The notes under the pieces were generated by a model. The model had not been told where the DNA came from, did no database searches, and saw only the letters and a program-made list of their open reading frames with translations. Below, piece after piece: positions 43,125-51,449 of a stretch of 64,000 bases of DNA. A program made the position numbers and the translations under genes. The stretch comes from Candidatus Aldehydirespirator sp. (GTDB lineage: Bacteria > Actinomycetota > Acidimicrobiia > Acidimicrobiales > Aldehydirespiratoraceae), in assembly GCA_965221605.1 (NCBI GenBank), contig CBDCSK010000014.1:26666-90665 (forward strand), given 5' to 3'. Numbering within the stretch: position 1 is the stretch's first letter; each line of letters starts with the position of its first letter.

Positions 43125-45701
43125 ATGTTTCGTCTGGCCCTGAAGTCGCTGCTCGCCCACAAGCTCCGCTTCGCGTTCACTGCGTTGGCGATCGTCCTGG
43201 GCGTGGCCTTCGTGGTGTCGGCGTTCGTGACGGCCGACTCGCTGCGCTCCACGTTCGACGACCTCGCTGCCGACATCAACACCGGCACCGACTTCACCGT
43301 GCGGGGGGCCCTGCCCTTCGGCGACATCACCCAGGCGAGTCCTCCGCCGGTGGACGACAGCCTGCTCGACGACGTCCGGGCCGTGTCGGGAGTGCAGTCG
43401 GCCGAGGGCGGGTTCTTCGTCGACGGTGTGATTCCCGTGGACGGATCCGGGGAGTCCCCGACCACGCTGGGAGGACCCAGAGCCGGCACCAACTGGACCG
43501 CAGACCCGACGCTGTCGCAGTTCTTCCTGATCGACGGCGAATGGCCGCGGGGACCGACGCAGTTCGCCATCGACGTCGTGACCTTCGCCGACTACGACTT
43601 CGAGCTGGGCCGCGACTACCAGGTGGTCACGCCCATCGGGCCCCGCACCTTCACCCTCACCGGCACCATGCAGTTCGGCTTTCCCGAGAACGCCGGGATC
43701 GGCGCGGTGTTCTCCGTGTTCGACACCCCCACCGCCCAGCAGGTCCTCGGCATGGAGGGCAAGTTCAACGAGATCGCGGTGCGGGCCGAGCCGGCCGCCG
43801 ACATCTCGCAGGTTCAGGACCGGATCACGGCGGTGCTGCCGGCGGGAACCGAGGTCATCACGTCCGAGGAGGCGGCCGAAGAGTTCGGCGACGCCTTCGA
43901 GAGCTTCATCGGACCGTTCCAGACGATCCTTCTGGTGTTCGCCTTCATCGTGCTGTTCGTGAGCGCGTTCATCATCTCCAACACCTTCAACATCGTCCTC
44001 GGCCAGCGGGTGCGGGAGCTGTCGCTCCTGCGGGCGCTGGGAGCCACTCCCCGCCAGGTGCGCCGCACGGTGCTGATCGAGTCGCTGGTGATCGGCGCCA
44101 CGGCCGCGTCAGCAGGCATCGGGCTCGGGATGCTCGGAGCGATCGGGCTCGAGGCGCTGCTGTCCGCGTTCGGCGCGTCCCTGCCCGACGGGCCTCTGCC
44201 GCTGCGGGCACGCACCGTGGCTTGGGCGTTCGCGGTGGGCGTCGGCTTCACGGTGGTGGCCTCGCTGGTGCCGGCCGCGAAGGCGTCGCGGATCTCGCCG
44301 GTGGCCGGGCTCGGCGAGCAGAGCGGCGACGACGGCGGGCACGGCCGCTTGTGGCGGGTGATCGCGGGCGCCGGTCTCGCCGCTATGGGACTGATCCTGA
44401 TCGGCCGGGGGCTGTTCGCCGACTTCGACTCCACCACCGCGCAGCTGTTGTCGCTGGGAATAGGGGCGGCGGTGGTGTTCGTGGCGGTGGCGGTGCTCAG
44501 CCCGCTCATCGCCGGGCCGACCGTGGCCACCCTGGCCCGCCCGTTGCCATGGATCCTCCGCACACCTGGCCGGCTGGCCCGCGACAACGCAGCCCGCAGC
44601 CCCCGGCGGACTGCGGCCACCGCGGTGGCTCTGACCATCGGCCTTGCCCTGGTGGCCATGGTGCTGGTGGTGGGCCAGTCCCTCAAAGACACCTTCAGCG
44701 AAAGCCTGAGCGACGCGGTGGCAGCCGACTATGTGATCAGCACCGACACGTTCTCCGGGGTGCCCGAGACTCTGGCCGCCGACCTGCGGAGCGCCGGAGC
44801 GGCTGCGGCGGTCCCCCTCGACGAGTACCCCGCGCAGGTCCTCAGCCCGGTCGCTCCGGGACGCATCGACGACGCCGAACTGACGGTCACCGACCTCGAC
44901 GCCATCGACGAGGTCGCCAACCTGGGCGTGATCGACGGCACCCTCGAGGGTCTCGATCCGATGTCGGCACTGCTGGTCGCCAGCGACACCGCCGACGACT
45001 GGGGCCTGGAGGTCGGGGATCAGGTGAGTGTCAATCTGACCAGTGGCGAGACCCTGGCCGTGACGGTCGGCGCCGTGTTCGACCAGACCCGGCCGCCCTT
45101 CTGGGACGAGTGGATCATCGACGAGTCGCTCCACAAGCTGACGGCGGGCGCCGACCGATTCGACCAATGGGTGGCCGTCAACGTCGAAGGGGACGATCCG
45201 GCGGCGTCTCGGGCCCTGCTCGACGAGGTGCTCAGCGCGTACCCGCAGGCGACGCTGGAGGACCGTCAAGAGTTCCAGGCGTCGCTCGAGTCGAACCTCA
45301 ACACGTTGCTGGCCCTGGTGAACGTGTTCCTGCTGTTCGCGCTCGTGGTGGCTCTGGTCGGCATCGTGAACACCCTGACGTTGTCGGTGTTCGAGCGCAC
45401 CCGAGAGATCGGGCTGCTGAGGGCGGTCGGCATGACCCGGCGCCAGCTGCGCCGGGCGATCCGCTGGGAGGCCGCCGCCATCTCGCTCTACGGCGCCCTG
45501 GTCGGGGTCGTGCTGGGACTGGGCTTCGGGGTGGCCCTGTCGGTGGCTATCCCCGACGACGCCATCGACCGGGTCTCGGTGCCCGTCGGTCAGATCCTCG
45601 GCCTGGTGGTGGTGACCGTGGCCTTCGGGCTGCTGGCGGCGGTGTTCCCGTCGTACCGGGCGGGCCGCATGAACGTCCTAGAAGCGATAGCGGCGGACTG
45701 A
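43125..45701 (+). CDS. FtsX/MacB-type ABC transporter permease with two FtsX domains (858 aa)
   Basis: N-terminal TM (LRFAFTALAIVLGVAFVV), two four-TM FtsX bundles (...REIGLLRAVGMTRRQL...) and large extracytoplasmic domains. Confidence 0.85.
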   Translation: MFRLALKSLLAHKLRFAFTALAIVLGVAFVVSAFVTADSLRSTFDDLAADINTGTDFTVRGALPFGDITQASPPPVDDSLLDDVRAVSGVQSAEGGFFVDGVIPVDGSGESPTTLGGPRAGTNWTADPTLSQFFLIDGEWPRGPTQFAIDVVTFADYDFELGRDYQVVTPIGPRTFTLTGTMQFGFPENAGIGAVFSVFDTPTAQQVLGMEGKFNEIAVRAEPAADISQVQDRITAVLPAGTEVITSEEAAEEFGDAFESFIGPFQTILLVFAFIVLFVSAFIISNTFNIVLGQRVRELSLLRALGATPRQVRRTVLIESLVIGATAASAGIGLGMLGAIGLEALLSAFGASLPDGPLPLRARTVAWAFAVGVGFTVVASLVPAAKASRISPVAGLGEQSGDDGGHGRLWRVIAGAGLAAMGLILIGRGLFADFDSTTAQLLSLGIGAAVVFVAVAVLSPLIAGPTVATLARPLPWILRTPGRLARDNAARSPRRTAATAVALTIGLALVAMVLVVGQSLKDTFSESLSDAVAADYVISTDTFSGVPETLAADLRSAGAAAAVPLDEYPAQVLSPVAPGRIDDAELTVTDLDAIDEVANLGVIDGTLEGLDPMSALLVASDTADDWGLEVGDQVSVNLTSGETLAVTVGAVFDQTRPPFWDEWIIDESLHKLTAGADRFDQWVAVNVEGDDPAASRALLDEVLSAYPQATLEDRQEFQASLESNLNTLLALVNVFLLFALVVALVGIVNTLTLSVFERTREIGLLRAVGMTRRQLRRAIRWEAAAISLYGALVGVVLGLGFGVALSVAIPDDAIDRVSVPVGQILGLVVVTVAFGLLAAVFPSYRAGRMNVLEAIAAD

Positions 45702-45723
45702 CGGCAGGCGCGAGGGTCCGGAG

Positions 45724-48306
45724 ATGTTCAAGCTCGCCCTCCGCAGCCTGATCGACAAGAAGCTGCGCTTCGCGCTGACCACCCTCGTGGTGGTCATCGG
45801 CGTGATGTTCGTGGTGGGCTCGTTCACGCTCACCGACAGCCTGCGGTCCACGTTCGCGGGGCTTGCCCGGGACATCGCCCAGGGCGCCGACCTGACGGTG
45901 CGGGCAGACCAGTCCTTCGGCGGCGACTTCGACCGGGCAGCGGTGCCGGAGGCGGTGGGCGAGCAGGTGTTGGGCGTCGAGGGAGTCGACCGGATCCAGC
46001 CTGAGCTGGGCACCCTGAACGTGTTCATCATCGACGGCGAGGGCAACCCGATCAGGCCTCCGGGCCCACCGGCGCTGGGCTTCAGCTTCAACCCGGGCAC
46101 GTTCTTCATCACCGAGGGCAGGCAGCCCGCCGAGCCCGGCGAGTTCGCAACCGACACCTCGACCGCGGCCGACAACGGGCTGCTCGTCGGCGAGACCTAC
46201 GAGATCAACGGCCCCATCTCCGCCGAGCCCTTCGTGCTGGTCGGCGTGTTCAACTTCGGGGCCCCCGACTCCCACACCGGCCTGGGCCAGACCATGGCCG
46301 CCTTCGAGCTCGACGAGGCCCAGCGCTTCTTCGGCATGGAGGACGGCTACCAGGCGATCAGTGTGCTGGTGTCGCCCGGCTCCGAGGTGTCCGAGGTGCA
46401 GGACCGGCTGGAAGCCGAACTGGGCGACGACTACCGCGTGATCACTCAGGAGGTGGACGCGGCCGAGCAGGAGGAGGACTTCAACCAGGTCGTCGACATC
46501 TTCAACACGATCCTGCTGGTGTTCGCGTTCATCGCGGTGTTCGTGGCCGCCTTCATCATCAACAACACGTTCCAGATCATCGTGGGCCAGCGGGTGCGAG
46601 AGATCGGGCTGTGGCGGGCCATCGGAGCGACACCGAGGCAGGTGAGCCGGTCGGTGATCACCGAGTCGGCCATCGTGGGCGTCGTCGCCACGGTCATCGG
46701 GATCGGCCTCGGCCTCGTGCTGGCCCTCGTGCTGCGGGCCATCCTCGACCTGATCGGCTTCCCGCTCCCACCGGGACCACTGACGCTGCAGCCTCGCACC
46801 GTCGGGCTGGCGATGCTCGTGGGCCTGGGCGTGACGATGATCTCCTCGATCGCACCCGCGCTCAGGGCCCGCAAGATCTCCCCGGTGGCCGCTCTGGCCC
46901 ACGACTTCCAGTTGGACCCCACGAGCCTGCGACGTCGCCTGATCGCGGGCGGGGCGGTGTTCGCGGCCGGCGTGGTCGCGCTGGCCGCCGGCATGACGGC
47001 CGGGCTGGACACCACCGCCACCTTCGTTCTGCTGGGGATCGGAGCCGTACTCGCCTTCATCGGCATCAACACCGTAAGCCCGGCCTTCGCCCGGCCGGCG
47101 GCGTCGGCGCTGGGTCGCCCGGTGAAGTCGCTGTTCGGCATGCCGGGCCGCTTGGGCCGCGACAACGCCGCCCGGAACCCCCGGCGGACTGCCTCGACCG
47201 CCGGTGCGCTCCTGATCGGCCTCGCTCTGATGGGGCTGGCCGCGGTGGTCGGCGAGTCCGTCAAGAAGACGTTCGTCAACATCATCGAGAACGCGGTGGA
47301 GGCCGACTACTTCATCCGGTCGGCCGAGACCGGCTTCGGCCCCCCGCCCGGCTTCCCGGCCCGGCTGGCCGACGACATCGAGGCGCTGGACGAGATCGAG
47401 AGCGTGATGCGGATCCAGTTCTCCTTCGGCGGGCTGAGCGTCGACGGGGAGCCCCGGGACATCGTGGCCGCCGACATGGCCCTGGCCGACGACCACTTCG
47501 ACGGCCGGGTGAGCTCGGGCGACATGGCCGCCGGCGATCCGCTCACCGCTCTGGCCCTGCACAGCGACTCGGCCGCGAGCCTGGGTGTCGGCGTGGGCGA
47601 CACCCTCGAAGCCACCTTTCCCGACAACCAGACCGAGACCCTCACCGTGGTGGCCATCTACGAGGACGCCGCCATCTACGGCAACTGGCTGATCGACGGC
47701 GCCCTGTGGGACCGCCACTTCAACCGCAACGACCTCGCCTTCGCCAGCGCCCGCATCGCCGGTCTCGACAGCGCGGCCGACGAGTTCGAGCAGGCCGCGC
47801 TGCAGGATCGCAGCCGGGCAGCCATCGAGGGCGTGCTCGACCGCTATCCCACCGTGAAGGTCGAGAACCAGGCCGAGTTCCGCCAGGCCCAGGAGTCCCA
47901 GCTCACGGCGTTGATCAGGGTGATCCAGGTTCTCATAGGCCTGTCGTTCGTCATCGCGCTGATCGGCATCATCAACACGTTGAGCCTGTCGGTGTTCGAG
48001 CGCATCCACGAGATCGGTCTGCTGCGCTCGGTGGGCATGACCCGGAAGCAGCTGCGGCGCTCGATCTACTGCGAGGCGCTGATCGTGGCCGTATTCGGCG
48101 GGCTGCTCGGGGTGACGGTGGGCACCGTGTTCGGCGTGGCGACCACGCTGGCGCTGCCGGAGTCGTTCGTGCAGACGGTGGCGGTGCCGTGGCTGGACCT
48201 CGTGGTCTTCGTGGCCATCTCGGCGGTCGCGGGCCTGCTGGCCGCCATCCTCCCCGCGGTGCGGGCCGGTCGCATGAACATCCTCGACGCCATCGCCCAC
48301 GAGTAG
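45724..48306 (+). CDS. FtsX/MacB-type ABC transporter permease, paralog of the previous gene (860 aa)
   Basis: Same architecture and collinear motifs (MFKLALRSLIDKKLRF..., ...HEIGLLRSVGMTRKQL...). Confidence 0.85.
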   Translation: MFKLALRSLIDKKLRFALTTLVVVIGVMFVVGSFTLTDSLRSTFAGLARDIAQGADLTVRADQSFGGDFDRAAVPEAVGEQVLGVEGVDRIQPELGTLNVFIIDGEGNPIRPPGPPALGFSFNPGTFFITEGRQPAEPGEFATDTSTAADNGLLVGETYEINGPISAEPFVLVGVFNFGAPDSHTGLGQTMAAFELDEAQRFFGMEDGYQAISVLVSPGSEVSEVQDRLEAELGDDYRVITQEVDAAEQEEDFNQVVDIFNTILLVFAFIAVFVAAFIINNTFQIIVGQRVREIGLWRAIGATPRQVSRSVITESAIVGVVATVIGIGLGLVLALVLRAILDLIGFPLPPGPLTLQPRTVGLAMLVGLGVTMISSIAPALRARKISPVAALAHDFQLDPTSLRRRLIAGGAVFAAGVVALAAGMTAGLDTTATFVLLGIGAVLAFIGINTVSPAFARPAASALGRPVKSLFGMPGRLGRDNAARNPRRTASTAGALLIGLALMGLAAVVGESVKKTFVNIIENAVEADYFIRSAETGFGPPPGFPARLADDIEALDEIESVMRIQFSFGGLSVDGEPRDIVAADMALADDHFDGRVSSGDMAAGDPLTALALHSDSAASLGVGVGDTLEATFPDNQTETLTVVAIYEDAAIYGNWLIDGALWDRHFNRNDLAFASARIAGLDSAADEFEQAALQDRSRAAIEGVLDRYPTVKVENQAEFRQAQESQLTALIRVIQVLIGLSFVIALIGIINTLSLSVFERIHEIGLLRSVGMTRKQLRRSIYCEALIVAVFGGLLGVTVGTVFGVATTLALPESFVQTVAVPWLDLVVFVAISAVAGLLAAILPAVRAGRMNILDAIAHE

Positions 48307-48340
48307 GGCCGAGCCGGCCGGGGCCCCTTCACCGACCGCT

Positions 48341-49540
48341 CTACGAGTAGCGGTCGAAGAGGGCTTCGAGCTGCTCGCAGATGTAGTCCATGTGCTCGGG
48401 ACCGAGGCCGTGGTGTATGGGCAGCGACAGAGACCTGTCCATCATCCGGTCGCAGTTCGGTAGGCCCCCGGCCGGGGCCCGGTGCTCAATGGCCGCGAAG
48501 CCGGGCTGGCGCAGGATGTTGCCGGTCCACACCATCCGGGTGGGCACGCCCCTCTCGGCCAGGAACTCCTGGGCCTGGGTGCGGGTGAACGGGGCGCCGG
48601 GAATGATCTCGAAGCAGAACCGCATCCAGGTGGTGTCGGTCTCCGGCGTGGTGCGGCCCCGAGTCACGCCCGGCCGGTCTGCCATGAGGTCGTCCAGGCG
48701 GCGCCAGTTGGCTCGGCGGCGGGCGTTGAAGCCCTCCAGTTTGTCGAGCTGCACCAGTCCGTAGGCCGCGCTGAGCTCGTTGGGCTCGAAGTTGTAGCCG
48801 ATGGAGTCGAACACGAACACCAGGTCGTACGGGGTGCCGTCGGCCAGGGCCGAGAACCGGTCCTGCCGGCCCTGGCGCGAGCCGTAGAGGTACGACTCGC
48901 TGCGGCGTCCCCAGCGGCGCAGCGAGAGGGCCAGGTCGTAGTCGTCGGGGTCGTCGATGCCGACCAGCCCTCCGGTGCCGCCCGCGGTCATGGCGTGGGA
49001 GCGGGCGAAGCTGGTGACGCCGATGTGGCTGCGCTCGCCGGTGCGCCGCCCCCGCTGGTAGCTGTCGAGCACGTCGCAGGAGTCCTCCACCACCGCCAGC
49101 CCACCGGCGTCGGCCGCCGCTCGCAGCCGGTCCCAGTCGGGGCAGTTGCCGCACAGGTTGGGGGCCAGGATCGCCCTGGTCCGGGGCCCGATCATGGCCT
49201 GCACCGCGTCGGCGTCGATCTGGTAGGTGTCGGCGGTGACATCGGCGAACACGGGCACTATCCCCGACTGGACCATGGGCGCGATGTCGGTCGAGAACGT
49301 GAGCGGCGAGGTGATGATCTCGTCGCCGGGATCGAGGCCGAGCAGGTCGATGGCTATGCGCAGCGCCGACGATCCCGAGTTCACCATCAGCCCGAACCGC
49401 TTCGACAGCTTGGCCGCGACCCGCTCCTCCAGCGCCAGGGTCGCGTCGGCGATGTCGAGGGTCGGGTTGTCCCGCATGACTGCGGCAACCGCCTCGATCT
49501 CCCGCTCGTCGTGCACAGCCCCCGCCGGCGGCAGCTTCAT
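48341..49540 (-). CDS. DegT/DnrJ/EryC1/StrS-fold enzyme, RfbH/ColD-like (His at the Schiff-base Lys position)
   Basis: Fold-type-I pattern (NSGSSALRIA...VFADV...EDSCD...) and SFARSHAMTAGGTGG, where aminotransferases of this family carry SF..xK..T.GEGG. Confidence 0.65.
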   Translation of the reverse strand: MKLPPAGAVHDEREIEAVAAVMRDNPTLDIADATLALEERVAAKLSKRFGLMVNSGSSALRIAIDLLGLDPGDEIITSPLTFSTDIAPMVQSGIVPVFADVTADTYQIDADAVQAMIGPRTRAILAPNLCGNCPDWDRLRAAADAGGLAVVEDSCDVLDSYQRGRRTGERSHIGVTSFARSHAMTAGGTGGLVGIDDPDDYDLALSLRRWGRRSESYLYGSRQGRQDRFSALADGTPYDLVFVFDSIGYNFEPNELSAAYGLVQLDKLEGFNARRRANWRRLDDLMADRPGVTRGRTTPETDTTWMRFCFEIIPGAPFTRTQAQEFLAERGVPTRMVWTGNILRQPGFAAIEHRAPAGGLPNCDRMMDRSLSLPIHHGLGPEHMDYICEQLEALFDRYS

Positions 49541-49673
49541 GGTGGGCCTCCTTTAGACGTCACGGCCGACCCAACGAGCACGCTACGCGACGGCGCGGGC
49601 CACGACCGGGCAGGCGGCGTCAGCAGCTCGCCCGAGGCCGTATCGCTCGGGGAGCAAGGCGCGTTCAGGCCGA

Positions 49674-51077
49674 TCACGCTGCCTGCTCCGCCGACGGCGC
49701 CGGGAGCTCCAGTTGCTCGATGTCCTCCACCACGCGCATTGTGACGCCGTTCGCGCTCATGCAGAGGAGAATCTCCGCACCCGGTCCGACGCCCCGCTCC
49801 ACTAGCCATTTCCGGGCCCGGCCCACTTCCACGTTGCCGGCCGGGTTCGTTGTGCGCCAGATGACACTCACCTGATACGACGGCGAACCGTTTAAGGGCA
49901 CCATCAGACTGTCGTCCGGGCGGATCCCGTTCGCCCAGGCGATGTGGCGGTTGCCCGTGAAGGAATAGCCCCTGAGATTCTCTGCGGTCACGACATGCCG
50001 CTCACCCCAGCCTGCCCGAGTGCGGATGGCGCCGGCGACCGTCGCAGGCGGTCTTGGGATGAAGACGGGACCGCGAGCGAAGCGCACGGAGTCCCCAACG
50101 ACATCGAAGATCGACAGACGCAGGCATGTCCTGATTGACGACTCTGACACCCCGAAATTCCTGGTGAACTCCTCGATGATCGAGGCCCTGCTGGCGACGC
50201 CGCTGCCGCGCACGATCCACTTGATGATCTGGTTGGCGATGCCCTCGTACTTCTCATGCCCCCACTCCCGGAGCGCGATCCTGAAGTGCTTGTCGATGCG
50301 CGCCAACTCCGGATTCCGAAGGTTCTTGATCGAGGCCGCGGTGCCGTAGCCGATGGCCTCCACCAACTCGGCAGGCGTCATCGGTCTACCCACCAGACGC
50401 AGGACCCGCTCAGCCTTCTCCTCGAGCCCGCCGTCCCAGCGGACCAGCCACCCTTCCCCTATGTAGCGCCAGGCACCGGTACTCATCATGAAGGCGAGCA
50501 GTGCCTCGGGATCCCTGATGCCGGCCAGGGCGTCGGCAAGGTCCGCGATCTTGAGCACCCACTCGCTGCCTACAGCATCGTCGATGATCCTCTGCAAGTC
50601 AGCTCTCGTCCGACGATCGCCCAGCAGCAACTCGCCGCTGTAGACATGGCCGGCAATCCACCGCATGAACTCGAACTGGCTTGCACCGAGCCGCCTCACC
50701 CACTGCTGGACCGCGTCACCCTCGACAAGCGCGACCTGCCCAAGATCAGCCCTGAGCAGTCCCGCCGTCCATCCGATGATCCTGAACCGGTCGCTTTCCA
50801 ACCGATCGCGGATTAGCGACGTGTCTCGAACGACACGCATGCGCACCGCCTCCGTGGTGACGCCCCGCTCCCGGCCCAGGCTCGCGAGGGTGGGAGGGTC
50901 CCGTTGAAACTCACGGATAGCCAGCAGGTCCGGATCGAACGCCAGCGACAGGAGCTCCCCCGTGAGATGCGCGAGCGATGCCGTCTCGTGGGCCAACAGC
51001 CGGTGCCACGCTTCCCCAACGGTCGAATCTTGCGGGTTCTCGTGCAGCACAGCGCGCTGCGGCTCAACTGCGGTCAT
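49674..51077 (-). CDS. Multi-HTH protein of unknown function (sigma-70 region-4-like HTH plus two winged-helix/HARE-like modules plus a C-terminal beta-rich domain)
   Basis: PPTLASLGRERGVTTEAVRMRVVRDTSLIRDRL resembles sigma region 4. AERVLRLVGRPMTPAELVEAIGYG...FRIALREWG resembles HARE-type wHTH. A strong GGAGGAGG lies before the ATG. Confidence 0.5.
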   Translation of the reverse strand: MTAVEPQRAVLHENPQDSTVGEAWHRLLAHETASLAHLTGELLSLAFDPDLLAIREFQRDPPTLASLGRERGVTTEAVRMRVVRDTSLIRDRLESDRFRIIGWTAGLLRADLGQVALVEGDAVQQWVRRLGASQFEFMRWIAGHVYSGELLLGDRRTRADLQRIIDDAVGSEWVLKIADLADALAGIRDPEALLAFMMSTGAWRYIGEGWLVRWDGGLEEKAERVLRLVGRPMTPAELVEAIGYGTAASIKNLRNPELARIDKHFRIALREWGHEKYEGIANQIIKWIVRGSGVASRASIIEEFTRNFGVSESSIRTCLRLSIFDVVGDSVRFARGPVFIPRPPATVAGAIRTRAGWGERHVVTAENLRGYSFTGNRHIAWANGIRPDDSLMVPLNGSPSYQVSVIWRTTNPAGNVEVGRARKWLVERGVGPGAEILLCMSANGVTMRVVEDIEQLELPAPSAEQAA

Positions 51078-51175
51078 CCCGGGCCTCCTCCGGTCAACGG
51101 TGATTGGCTGGGGCGGCCGCGAGGGCTGCTCCGAGGCCCCCGGCCGAGCGTGCTGGCTCGGCTCGGCGGCTGGTT

Positions 51176-51209
51176 ACATTCAGCGGCTAGTCACATTCGG
51201 CGACTAGTC
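51176..51209. repeat. Tandem 17-bp direct repeat in the divergent intergenic region
   Basis: ACATTCAGCGGCTAGTC / ACATTCGGCGACTAGTC (2 mismatches), inside a visibly A/T-richer 370-bp spacer. Confidence 0.8.
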
Positions 51210-51449
51210 CAACTTATCTTACGATATCAACCATTCCAAATCAGCCCATCACACCCTCGAGTCTGGGCCCGTGCATTGGCACAGACTAGGCGCGACGGAC
51301 GCTGGAACGCGAATGCCCCGAACTCATCGCCTCGCATGACGAGACAGCCGGTCGAGTGGTTGGTACTCCCTAGGGAATGAACTCGCCACAACCCCTTATG
51401 CTCTCGGACGCTGGGGCACCGCTCGCGATCCCCGGCCGCACGAGCGGGA

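Noticed and set aside
43049-43125. Poly-Gly and poly-Pro stretches in ORFs crossing the C24 tract, considered as a possible coding homopolymer or a phase-variable ORF.
   Set aside because: The tract lies between a clear stop codon (TAG 43046-43048) and a clear SD/ATG (43125). The ORFs crossing it are antisense or out-of-frame shadows. I therefore treat it as intergenic.
45547-48300. A 917-aa minus-strand ORF. The same reasoning applies to 31980..34463 (+, 827 aa), 42287..43570 (-), 43541..45751 (+) and 46611..48350 (+).
   Set aside because: All overlap strongly supported transporter genes on the other strand or in another frame. All have Arg/Gly/Pro-rich junk composition.
49537-49809. Small ORFs (for example the 90-aa ORF at 49537..49809) between the aminotransferase and the HTH-protein gene, considered as a possible antitoxin-like partner.
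   Set aside because: The composition is Gly/Arg/Ala/Pro-rich, it overlaps the 3' end of the HTH-protein gene, and it has no ribosome-binding context.
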